A stretch of DNA of 63,370 bases. It comes from Fibrobacter succinogenes (GTDB lineage: Bacteria; Fibrobacterota; Fibrobacteria; Fibrobacterales; Fibrobacteraceae). A model generated the notes under the pieces. It made no database searches. It had not been told where the DNA came from and saw only the letters and a list, made by a program, of their open reading frames with translations. The stretch covers positions 1 through 63,370 of the forward strand of contig CACXIR010000004.1 in assembly GCA_902767785.1 (NCBI GenBank), written 5' to 3'. Numbering within the stretch: the first letter of the stretch is position 1; the number at the start of each line of letters is the position of its first letter. Both the position numbers and the translations under genes were made by a program. Shown here in pieces: positions 39,665-48,742 of the stretch.

Positions 39665-40487
39665 TTTCGCCCTCCTTCACGTTTTTGGTTAAGGGGAAGA
39701 GCTGGAGGTTCAGACGATAGACCTGGTCGATGTCCTTGTCGTCTGCGGCGATGGCGATAATTTGGCGGCGGCATTCGTCCAGCACCTTCACGATGCGTTC
39801 GTAACTTTCGCGGGACACTCCCATGGTCACTCCGCTGAAGTTGCGCTGTTCAACAGGCAGATCCAACGCAGGGGTGGCAAGCTTGGACATTTGGCGGTGC
39901 ATTCCCCTGAGTGCAAGCCGCGTGGCGTCCGGTGTGCCTGTGATGGATGTTTCTGCCTGCACGAAAGCACTGTCCCCCGCCTTCTTCAGGAGACCCGCCT
40001 TCGTGAGGAAGTTCAGGCTTTGCTGGACTTCTGCCGCCGAAATTTCGGGGTAGCATTTCTTGGCGATTTCGCCCGGAGTGGCGCCCGGCATTAGCGGGGC
40101 GAGTTCACGTACAACGGGGTTCTGCCAGGAATCGTAAAACTCGAACAGGTCGCCTTCTAGCACGCGAACCTTGTGGACCTTGGCGATGGCGAGCATGTTT
40201 TGGTAGGCGGCCTTTTTCTTTTCTTCGGTAGAGGCCTGACCGAATTCCACCATGGCGCGGAAATACTCCATCTCGAAACCCACGAGGCCCATGGCGGCCC
40301 CTGTGCGTTCCACGCCGATACGGGAGAGCTTGCTCCTGCCGTCGCAGACTACCTTCATATAAGAAGACGAGGTGAACCCCGCTATCTTGGAGAACTCGCG
40401 CCACGAAAAAACGGAACGGCGCTTGCGCTCCTCGTAGTAGTCCAGCATGTACTGGCGGAAATCGGAGTATTCGATAATGGGTTTCAT
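39651..40487 (-). CDS. TIGR02147 family protein (HTH-like + DUF4423), Fibrobacter paralogous family
   Basis: MKPIIEYSDFRQYMLDYY, FSWREFSKIAGFTS, YDSWQNPVVREL, RNFSGVTMG, VYRLNLQLFPL. Confidence 0.88.
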   Translation of the reverse strand: MKPIIEYSDFRQYMLDYYEERKRRSVFSWREFSKIAGFTSSSYMKVVCDGRSKLSRIGVERTGAAMGLVGFEMEYFRAMVEFGQASTEEKKKAAYQNMLAIAKVHKVRVLEGDLFEFYDSWQNPVVRELAPLMPGATPGEIAKKCYPEISAAEVQQSLNFLTKAGLLKKAGDSAFVQAETSITGTPDATRLALRGMHRQMSKLATPALDLPVEQRNFSGVTMGVSRESYERIVKVLDECRRQIIAIAADDKDIDQVYRLNLQLFPLTKNVKEGENENA

Positions 40488-40494
40488 ACCTGTA

Positions 40495-40619
40495 AATATA
40501 AAACCCTTTTTTCTAAAAGTCAATAGTTTTATGCAACAAAAGTGCCTAAAATCAACAAAATTTACAAGATTTTACAAAGTTTTATAAAAATTTGTTGTAT
40601 ATGCAACACCTTGTTTCAT
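40495..40619 (-). promoter_or_regulatory. Leaderless sigma70-type promoter plus ATGCAACA-type operator half-sites
   Basis: Minus strand TTGACT-17-TATATT-7-ATG; half-sites at 40531, 40593, 40601 and 40612. Confidence 0.65.
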
Positions 40620-40626
40620 GTATGGG

Positions 40627-43251
40627 CTACTTTTTCTTGAGCCAGGAACCGCACAGGTACATGGTGAAGATGACGCTGGTGACCAGGAACATGGCGATGC
40701 TTAGGCAAGCAAGGTCGCCAATGCCCTTGAGTCCACGGTGGGTGGTGAACAAGAATCCGACAAAGCCCGCGATGGTGGTAGTGGAGCTGGCCATCACGTT
40801 GCGGCCGGTGGTGTCCATCAGCTGGCGTAGCGTCAGGTTTTTGTCGCTCATCCAAGAAGTAATCATGTGGATGGTGGCGTCAATGCCGATACCCAGGGCC
40901 ATGGGAATCACAATCACGTTATAGATGCTGATTTTTCCGAATTCAAACATGTCTGTCAGGAATCCCAATAGCCCAAGGGTAAGCAGCGTTCCCATGCCAA
41001 AGGAAATGCAGCCTGCAAGGAAGAGCTTTGGCTTGCGGAAGGAAATTACCAAAGTGCCAAATATTACAAGGATAATCACGAGGGCGAGCCTAAAGCTGTC
41101 CTTTTTAACAGAGTCAATAACGTCGGAGAGGATAAACTGCGAGGAGAAGGTTCGCAGCTCTTCGCCGTCGAAATTCCAGTGGCCGTAGCGTTCCTGGAAA
41201 CGGTGTAGAGCCTTTGCGTCCCAGCTGGGGAAGTCTCCGTAGATAAAACCGATTTTGCCATAGCTGCCGTCTTTTTCGCGAAGCAGGTCCAGCGTCCAGC
41301 TGGGAACATCTTCGGCGGTGAAGGGCTTTTCTACAGCAGAGAGCTTGCGGAGGTTGCTTACATTTACGGAGTCGTCGCCCTCGGCACGGTCAAACACGCG
41401 GGCCTCTGCCAAGTCGCGGATTTCCTCGATGATTTCAAGGCGAGCCTTCTGGGAATCCATGGGCGGCACAAAGCTCTTGAGGGTGAGGAAGCTGCCCAGT
41501 GTCGAATCGTGCTCCACATGCAAGCGCACCATCAAGGTGTCGTAGAGCTTGTCCATCTGCTCGGGTTTGGAACCCATTACGGCGGCCGGCGTAGATGTTA
41601 CTGCCTTGCCGGTGGCACGGGTGACCTTGGTGGAAATCTTGTTCTTGGAGGTGGTCACGTTGGTGGATACGCGGCGCAGATTACGCAGGTTGTGTTCGAA
41701 GTCCACATCTTGTGCAAACCAGAGGGAAACGGCACCTAGGGCAAAGCCTGCAAAAGCCACGTACTTGAAAAAGCGCAAAATCTTCGCCTCGTCCCAGGAT
41801 TTGGGCAACAGGGAATTGTCCGGAGCTTTCGGGATACCGCCCATGCATTTCACAAGCACCGGCAGGAACAGCACCGAGGTAAGCATACTGAACAGCACGC
41901 CCATGGATGCCACCACGCCGAACTCGTAGAAACCGCGGAAGTGCGCCGCAAGCAAGGTAAGGAAGGCGGCAATTGTCGTGAAACTTGCGAGAATGAAGGG
42001 CTTGAGCATCTTCCTCTGGGCCGCTTCCAGGACTTCTTCAAGAGTCGCATGCTTGTGCATCAATTTTTGGGAGGTACCCAAAATGTGGATGGAATAGTCG
42101 ATACCGATACCCAGAATAATGGAGGCCACAAACACCGTAAAGGGATTCAGCTTGCCGTAGAACAGAGCCGTGAACGCAAGCGTCGGGAGGCAGGCGTAAA
42201 GCACGGAAGAAACCACCAGAATCGGGCCCTTTACGCTTCTGAAGAAGAATATGGTGAGGAAGATGATAAGCACCAGGCTGATGGCGAAGGAGAAAACGGA
42301 ATCGTTGGCCACTTCGTCTACTTCCTTAAGGCCTTCGTAGGTACCTTCCACTGTAAAGCGGGTAGGCACAGGGTAGGTCTTGCCGCTAAAGTAAGCTAAC
42401 AGGGAGTCTGTGCGGGCTAAAATATGGGTTACGAATTCATAATCGGTAGAGGGCTTGATAAGCTTGGCGTTCACCACGCCGTTATATAGGATTTTTCCGG
42501 TGCTATCCGGGCGCGGGGACCCGATTAGGCGGTTTTTAAGCTCTGTTGGAATGGTAGATTTGGGATTCCATTCTTCTTTATTGTTTGCGGCATTGGCGAT
42601 ATCGACGGAGTCGGCCTTGTCTTTCTTGAAGAATGCGGCAAAGGCACTAACCGCTTCGTCGGGGAGACCCAGTTCCTGCGGTAAGTTCTCGTCAATCCAG
42701 ACCCGTTCTTTTTTGGGTTCGGCTGTTGTCGCACTGTCGGTCCTTGAGCTTGTCGAAGGGTCGTCCAACAGGTCAACTACCAGCGGACCGTTCTTGCGGC
42801 CAATTTCAAGCTGCAACTCTTCCAGGTTGTCACGGATGTGTTCCAGGTGCTTGATGGGCAAATAGAGAAGTGCATTATCCTTGAAGAACTGGTTGTCGTT
42901 ATCCACCTGGGTGGAAACGAAATCGCCTTCCCAATTCTTGTGGATGTAATCGGCGATGGAATCCTGCAGGGCCACCACCAGGTTCACGTCTTCGCTCTGG
43001 ATTGCGATCATGAACTTGTCGGTCGAGCCGAAACGCTGGTAAGATTCCTCGAGGGCCTTCACGCTGGGAGTTCCTTCGGGCAGCAAGTGAGAAAGGTCGG
43101 CATCTAGCTTGAGTCCCGGCTTGAATAAAATGGGAATCGCAAAAAGTAGTGCCAAAATCAGGTAAAAGGCAAGAGCCTTGTACTGGTGCTTGCAAATGAG
43201 GGGAATGTACCAATTAGAAAATCTTTCGGGAAGTGTTTTTTTGTTAGCCAT
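40627..43251 (-). CDS. MMPL/RND family transporter
   Basis: Two repeats of a large periplasmic loop plus TM bundle; GIGIDYSIH and GIGIDATIH motifs. Confidence 0.85.
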   Translation of the reverse strand: MANKKTLPERFSNWYIPLICKHQYKALAFYLILALLFAIPILFKPGLKLDADLSHLLPEGTPSVKALEESYQRFGSTDKFMIAIQSEDVNLVVALQDSIADYIHKNWEGDFVSTQVDNDNQFFKDNALLYLPIKHLEHIRDNLEELQLEIGRKNGPLVVDLLDDPSTSSRTDSATTAEPKKERVWIDENLPQELGLPDEAVSAFAAFFKKDKADSVDIANAANNKEEWNPKSTIPTELKNRLIGSPRPDSTGKILYNGVVNAKLIKPSTDYEFVTHILARTDSLLAYFSGKTYPVPTRFTVEGTYEGLKEVDEVANDSVFSFAISLVLIIFLTIFFFRSVKGPILVVSSVLYACLPTLAFTALFYGKLNPFTVFVASIILGIGIDYSIHILGTSQKLMHKHATLEEVLEAAQRKMLKPFILASFTTIAAFLTLLAAHFRGFYEFGVVASMGVLFSMLTSVLFLPVLVKCMGGIPKAPDNSLLPKSWDEAKILRFFKYVAFAGFALGAVSLWFAQDVDFEHNLRNLRRVSTNVTTSKNKISTKVTRATGKAVTSTPAAVMGSKPEQMDKLYDTLMVRLHVEHDSTLGSFLTLKSFVPPMDSQKARLEIIEEIRDLAEARVFDRAEGDDSVNVSNLRKLSAVEKPFTAEDVPSWTLDLLREKDGSYGKIGFIYGDFPSWDAKALHRFQERYGHWNFDGEELRTFSSQFILSDVIDSVKKDSFRLALVIILVIFGTLVISFRKPKLFLAGCISFGMGTLLTLGLLGFLTDMFEFGKISIYNVIVIPMALGIGIDATIHMITSWMSDKNLTLRQLMDTTGRNVMASSTTTIAGFVGFLFTTHRGLKGIGDLACLSIAMFLVTSVIFTMYLCGSWLKKK

Positions 43252-43344
43252 AGGGAGCAATATAATAAAAAGGGTCGCAGACGGCACGATATGCGACCCA
43301 AGTTGTTGATATTCGGTCAATTACGGCTGATAGAGGGATTAGCC

Positions 43345-45363
43345 CTATGGCATCATGATGTCGTTGCGGAGCACGGAGCGTAACGCTCTGGCAGCACCAA
43401 CAGCCTTCTTTTTCCAGGCAAGGTCGCTTGCATCCGTCGTGAGCGCGTACGGGGATTCGCCACCCGCGGCGGCACGGTACACATCCTCGTTCTCGAGGCC
43501 GCCCGCAAGCACGTGGTCGCGGAACCCGAGGTAGTAGGCATTCTGCGAGAAGAAAACCGACGGCTGTTCTGCAGGACGTTCTTGGGCAAGCAAGTCATAA
43601 CCCCAGAAATGGTTCGGTTCACGCACCTGTGCCAAGTCAAAAATCGTAGGGCCCAAATCCAGTTGCGAGGCCACATCTTCGCGAATGGTAAGTCTGTTAA
43701 AGAGAGCCGTGTCAGCCGAGAAAATCCCGATAAAGATTTGCGATGCGGAAAGCCCGAGCGGTTGCGGGACCAGATAATCTACGGAATCTACGGGAGTGTC
43801 GTGGTCGCCTAAAATAATAATTACAGTTTTTTCAAAATCGATACGGGCAGAAAGTTTCTCAAAAAAACGACCTAGTTGCTGATCGGTATACCGGATGGCG
43901 TTCCGGTAGCGCACCATGGCGTCTTCGGGTTTTGTGGCAAAGCTTTCCGGGTAGTTGCGGAAAGGAATGTGAGAAGCTATGGTATTGAAGGACATTTGCC
44001 AGGGCTTATCTGTCGGCATTTTTTGGAGAAGCTCTATGGCAAGGTCAGCACCAAGGCTGTCGGCAATACCTTCGATTTTTTCTTCGCCAATCAGGTGCCA
44101 ATCCTTGCCGAAAAATTTTTCAATGAAGGGGAGGGTATGGTCAAAAATCGGGTTAGAAACGGTCGCATAGGTTCGGTGATAATTTGTTAAAAATTCAGGC
44201 CAGCCCTTGAACTTGTTCGCCGCATAGAAACTGGGTACGTCGCGGTTCGGGTGTGAGGGGAACCCCATGTAGGTGGCCATGGTGCCGCGTACGGTGGGGT
44301 AGCCGCCACTAAAGGCGTTCTTGAACCAGATTCCGCCACCAAGTGCATTGCCGGCGGAATCTTTGGCGAAGTAGCCGCCATTTGCCAGTTTCCAGATATT
44401 TGGGGCTACCGCGGTATCGCCCATGAGCATCTTGTTGAAGATGCGGCCCTTGAAGGATTCGCCCATAATGAACACGATGTTGTAGGGCTTTTTCGCCTTG
44501 TATTCGTGGGCGGGGGCATTGCGGTACATCGGAAGTTCCAGAGCATCGCTGCGACCTGTCGCAAAATCTTTTGGCAAGAAAGCGTCCAAATCGCCGACAA
44601 GTTCCTCGGTAATCTTCGTGTTGTCGTGAATAAACTCAAAAGTTTCGACAGCGGCAATGTGCAGGATGGGCGCCGTAAGCGTATGCTTGCCCAGTGTAAA
44701 GCGCATGTCTACTCTCGTGTGCGTCACCGGGATTTCGATCCAGCCGCGAGTGCCCGTAAGGAACAACACGAGCGGCACAAGCGATAGAGCCATGCCGATG
44801 GCGAACATCGCGACAGGCGTTTTTTGGGAAGCGGGTTTCCAGGCACCGCCCTGATTGCTAAGCACGAGCGAACGGCACTGTTTACGGAGCCTAAGCGAGT
44901 ATGCGATTACATAAGCGATGGCGCCAGCAAAGCAAAGGACTGCCATTGTTACCCAAAGTACCGTCCCGAGCAAATCACCGCCTAATGTGGAAACTGTCGT
45001 GGCATCGGTGATGTTTGAAAGGTGAAAATACGTGCGCAAAAACGAATAAGAAAGCCGCTGGTGGGAAAAACGGAAAACATCGTAGTCAGCGATGGCAATA
45101 AAGAAGTAGAGTGCGTAAAAGACGGCAAGCCCGCGGGGAGCCCGTGCAAAGCCGAAAAGGGCGGCCATTACAAGGATGGCACCGAAGGCCATGAAAATCT
45201 GCCAGAGGGTCTTGCCTTCGAACATCTCGGACATCGAAAGTCCCAAGGGATCAGGCAAGCTGTAGAAAAATACCAGCAAGACGCTCTGCACCACAAGGGC
45301 AATAAGTGCCATTGTGAGGTAGGGATTCGAGAAAAGTTTTTTCAGTTTATTAAGCAGACTCAT
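43345..45363 (-). CDS. LTA synthase/sulfatase-like membrane protein
   Basis: N-terminal TMs, NIVFIMGES, SHIPF, ILGDH, SQLDLGPT. Confidence 0.8.
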   Translation of the reverse strand: MSLLNKLKKLFSNPYLTMALIALVVQSVLLVFFYSLPDPLGLSMSEMFEGKTLWQIFMAFGAILVMAALFGFARAPRGLAVFYALYFFIAIADYDVFRFSHQRLSYSFLRTYFHLSNITDATTVSTLGGDLLGTVLWVTMAVLCFAGAIAYVIAYSLRLRKQCRSLVLSNQGGAWKPASQKTPVAMFAIGMALSLVPLVLFLTGTRGWIEIPVTHTRVDMRFTLGKHTLTAPILHIAAVETFEFIHDNTKITEELVGDLDAFLPKDFATGRSDALELPMYRNAPAHEYKAKKPYNIVFIMGESFKGRIFNKMLMGDTAVAPNIWKLANGGYFAKDSAGNALGGGIWFKNAFSGGYPTVRGTMATYMGFPSHPNRDVPSFYAANKFKGWPEFLTNYHRTYATVSNPIFDHTLPFIEKFFGKDWHLIGEEKIEGIADSLGADLAIELLQKMPTDKPWQMSFNTIASHIPFRNYPESFATKPEDAMVRYRNAIRYTDQQLGRFFEKLSARIDFEKTVIIILGDHDTPVDSVDYLVPQPLGLSASQIFIGIFSADTALFNRLTIREDVASQLDLGPTIFDLAQVREPNHFWGYDLLAQERPAEQPSVFFSQNAYYLGFRDHVLAGGLENEDVYRAAAGGESPYALTTDASDLAWKKKAVGAARALRSVLRNDIMMP

Positions 45364-45382
45364 TTTTCAAATATGCAATGGA

Positions 45383-45427
45383 GATCCCCGCCAGTTTATC
45401 CCGGACCCGTTCCGGAACGGGGATGAC
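45383..45427 (-). repeat. REP-like element with an internal hairpin insert
   Basis: Reverse complement GTCATCCCCG-(27 nt)-CGGGGATC. Confidence 0.7.
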
Positions 45428-45429
45428 AA

Positions 45430-46635
45430 TTAAAGGGGCGACGCTTTACCGTCCGGGTTCAATATAAAATCTACAGCCTTTTCCAAATCCTCGGCCTGGC
45501 GGGCGTGAACCTGCGCGTAGCGTTTCGGGGCTCGTTCTGCAAAATCTGCATAGATGCGGGCATCGAGCAGTTGCACCAGGCGGTTTTTGATTTCGCTTAC
45601 GGAATAGGGATCGAAATAGAGCGCCGCATCTCCGCAAATTTCGGGAATGGATGTGGTTCCGCTTGCCGCCACGGGGACGCCGTAACGCATGGATTGCAAT
45701 GGTGGGTAGCCGAATCCCTCGTTCAGGCTCGGGAACACAAACGCGTATGCATTCTTGTGCAAGAATTCCAGTTCCTTGTTCTCTACATAGCCCAGCAATA
45801 TAAAACGATCCTTGTGCTTCAGGTGACGCAGGTAGGCACGCGTGTTTGTCGCCCCCGTTATCACCATCTTGTAATCAAACGATTTGCCCTGCGACTGATA
45901 CATGCCCACCAGTTCATCGAAAGCCTTGGCCGCACGCAGGTTGTTCTTTTCCCAGCGGGCACCACTTGTGAGCAAGAAGTATTTCTTTGCGGTTGTCCCC
46001 GGCGGCAAAAATCCCTCGGGTTCGTATTCGGTCATGGGACTGTAGAATACGGGAATTTCCAAGTCCATCAGTTCCGGGAAAAACGACTTGATGGAGGCAC
46101 GACTGTGTTCGCTCACGGTAATGGCACGGACCCTTTTTCCGCAGCCTTCCTTTGCTGATGCCGCCATGCGAGTTGCCAATTCCTGGTACTTGGGCTTGTA
46201 GAAGTGCTTTTTCCAGCTTTCGCGGTAACGTACCAGTGCTTCGAACTTTTGCCCGAGCTTTTTCGCAAAACCCACGCCTGCCCAACTGTACTGCATTTCA
46301 AGGGCACGTACGCCGTGCCAGGTGAATATGAAATCCTTTACATCAATAGCCCACTTTTTTTCAAGGGAATAGAGCGGCGTGTAGAATGTGTCAATTTGGT
46401 TCGCGTCAATGATTTTCTGCGGGGTCTGTACGCTGATATCGAATAGCGGGATATCTTTCTGCTTGCAGGCTTCACGAATCGCCGGATCTAAATATTTGTG
46501 GCTATCGTAGGCACAAGAGAACTTTGCACCTCGCTTTACCAGTTCCCAGAAAATCACCTCGCCATAGGAACCGCCCCCGTGGAATTTGGCACTATGGATG
46601 GGTTGTACTGCGGTCAGGTTGAAAAGCAGGTTCAC
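45430..46635 (-). CDS. Glycosyltransferase family 4
   Basis: FVFPSLNEGFGYPPLQSM, KNN motif. Confidence 0.88.
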   Translation of the reverse strand: MNLLFNLTAVQPIHSAKFHGGGSYGEVIFWELVKRGAKFSCAYDSHKYLDPAIREACKQKDIPLFDISVQTPQKIIDANQIDTFYTPLYSLEKKWAIDVKDFIFTWHGVRALEMQYSWAGVGFAKKLGQKFEALVRYRESWKKHFYKPKYQELATRMAASAKEGCGKRVRAITVSEHSRASIKSFFPELMDLEIPVFYSPMTEYEPEGFLPPGTTAKKYFLLTSGARWEKNNLRAAKAFDELVGMYQSQGKSFDYKMVITGATNTRAYLRHLKHKDRFILLGYVENKELEFLHKNAYAFVFPSLNEGFGYPPLQSMRYGVPVAASGTTSIPEICGDAALYFDPYSVSEIKNRLVQLLDARIYADFAERAPKRYAQVHARQAEDLEKAVDFILNPDGKASPL

Positions 46636-47669
46636 TTGCGGCCTCCGCGATAGTCTCCCCCCAAAAGCGTTCCCAAAATTTTCAGGGGAAGTACGAGAAT
46701 TGGCAAATGTTTGTAAATCCAGGAAAGGGACTTGGCAAAGGCGTAACTGCGGATAATATAAGCGCCGCCAGCCCCCACCTTGCGGGTCTGGAATTCAAAT
46801 TCTTCTTTGGCGTTGGCAATCACGTCGTCGTAGTATTCGTTGATGGAAATGCTCTTGTCTGCATTGACCTTCACCGGGATATTCTTCAGGTTGGTGTAGA
46901 AATCCTTGCGCAAAATCTTCGGCAAGAACAGGTCCGTGCTTGCAGGCACTTTATGGCCGCGGGTATCGATGATGCGGGAGCCGAAAAAGTGCAATACCTT
47001 GGCCGAAGGCAAGAAACGGTTGCCATAAGCCAGCTGGCAGTTCCAACCGCCGGGCATTTTCTTGGTGATGTAGCCGAACTTGAAGTTGGTCTCGGCAAGA
47101 CTTGCCATGTCGTAGGGGAAGTTCTTGGACACGCAATAGAGCCAAAGTTCGTGCCAAGTTTCAAAAAACTTGTGGGCTTCGGGAGTGTCTGCCGCAAACA
47201 TCACGCCCCCGTTAAAGATTTCGTCGTTCAGAATCGGCGAAAAGCCCATCATCTTCGCATTGTTCAAAACCTTCTTGCGGTTGATAGCTTTAGAAAGATT
47301 GGTGTGGAAGTCCAGCACCGCGTAAATGCCCCCCTTCCATTCTTCGGGAATGGAGAGGTCGCCCACGATGGCGATGTCGGAATCCATATAGAGAAAGTCG
47401 CCGTCGATGACATTGCGCATCACCGTCTTGAGGTAGCGGGAACGCAACATGGGCGTGAACTTTTCGTCTAGGGTCAACACCTTAAGTTCATCGACGGCGT
47501 CCTTGAGGACCGCCCGGGGACCAGTAAGGGTTTCTGCCGTCTTGTCGTCGGTCAAAAGCGTGACGAATGCACCTGGGTTGTGCACGCGCAGCGAGGCAAT
47601 CGCCACTAGCGTTTGTTCGCAGAAAAAATCCTTCGGAGAGCTGGTCAGAACAAAAAGGTACTTGGTCAT
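46632..47669 (-). CDS. Glycosyltransferase (GT8-like)
   Basis: LYMDSD (DxD), FNGGVM, WNCQ, VLHFF. Confidence 0.75.
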   Translation of the reverse strand: MTKYLFVLTSSPKDFFCEQTLVAIASLRVHNPGAFVTLLTDDKTAETLTGPRAVLKDAVDELKVLTLDEKFTPMLRSRYLKTVMRNVIDGDFLYMDSDIAIVGDLSIPEEWKGGIYAVLDFHTNLSKAINRKKVLNNAKMMGFSPILNDEIFNGGVMFAADTPEAHKFFETWHELWLYCVSKNFPYDMASLAETNFKFGYITKKMPGGWNCQLAYGNRFLPSAKVLHFFGSRIIDTRGHKVPASTDLFLPKILRKDFYTNLKNIPVKVNADKSISINEYYDDVIANAKEEFEFQTRKVGAGGAYIIRSYAFAKSLSWIYKHLPILVLPLKILGTLLGGDYRGGRK

Positions 47670-47687
47670 ATCGATACCCGACTATAG

Positions 47688-48734
47688 CTATTTCAAATAT
47701 AACGAAATCCACTTGGAGCGGTTGTTTTTCCAGGAGTTTTTCATTACGTAATCAAACAATCTCCGTTCCTTCTCCGCAATGTTCCCTGATTTGTAATCCG
47801 CCAATGCATGTTTCAACATGTCTCCCAAATTCTTCTCGTGTTCGCAATCATTTTCATAATGGTAGACATAAAGCCCACCGGATTCATCTTGAACATCCTG
47901 GACATTTGCAATGTCAGGACACACGACCGTCTTGGAATACGACCCCGCCATAATTACTGTCCCCGAATTCAACGCCGACTTGTAGGAATATGGAGCGACC
48001 AGGAATGCGGCACATTTCAAGAAAGCGGACACTTCTTCGTCCGGCACGAATTTCGGATAAAAAACAACGCCCTTATGCCCTTCCAGCTCCTTCTGCAACT
48101 TGTCCAAATACTCCGCAGGTTTCACGGACCCGCAAACAAGCAAGATAGCCTCGGGGCAAGCAGAGTTCTTGACGTCGCAAAAGGTTTTTACCAGTAGCTC
48201 AACATTCTTGTATGGGCGAACGGCACCCAAAAAAAGCACAATCGGGGCATCGATTGGCAACTCCATTTTTTCACGGACATCCAAACTCGATTCAGGATAG
48301 CATCCCAGATAATCCCCATGCGGAATCAGCACCACCTTATGCAGGTATTTTTGCAAAAAGGGAACTTCCAGGCTTTTCTTGCTCATTACGTGGATGACGC
48401 TTGAAAAACGGAGCAAGAAATAGCGCAATATTTTGTTGTATGCCGCGGCGTGGTCATGGCCCTCGATATTGTGGATGGTCCACACGATTCTTTTTTTGGA
48501 CAAGATGACCCGAAGCAAAACAAAGAACCGGTAAATAAACGAAGAAAAATTTTCGCACTGATCAAACCAGTTGAAATGAAACACATCCGAATCAAACACG
48601 CTGGCTTTCCGTTTTAGTTCGTCATAAAAGCCAACGCACTCGAATTCGCCACCTTCCTTAAGCAGGCTCGCCAGGTTTTGCAGAAAAAGATTCGAGCTGT
48701 TCAGCAATCTCGGAAAAAAACAAACCTTTGCCAT
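47688..48734 (-). CDS. Glycosyltransferase family 4
   Basis: WTIHN, IPHG, FLGAVRPYKNVE, NSG. Confidence 0.82.
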   Translation of the reverse strand: MAKVCFFPRLLNSSNLFLQNLASLLKEGGEFECVGFYDELKRKASVFDSDVFHFNWFDQCENFSSFIYRFFVLLRVILSKKRIVWTIHNIEGHDHAAAYNKILRYFLLRFSSVIHVMSKKSLEVPFLQKYLHKVVLIPHGDYLGCYPESSLDVREKMELPIDAPIVLFLGAVRPYKNVELLVKTFCDVKNSACPEAILLVCGSVKPAEYLDKLQKELEGHKGVVFYPKFVPDEEVSAFLKCAAFLVAPYSYKSALNSGTVIMAGSYSKTVVCPDIANVQDVQDESGGLYVYHYENDCEHEKNLGDMLKHALADYKSGNIAEKERRLFDYVMKNSWKNNRSKWISLYLK

Positions 48735-48742
48735 AAAAACTT

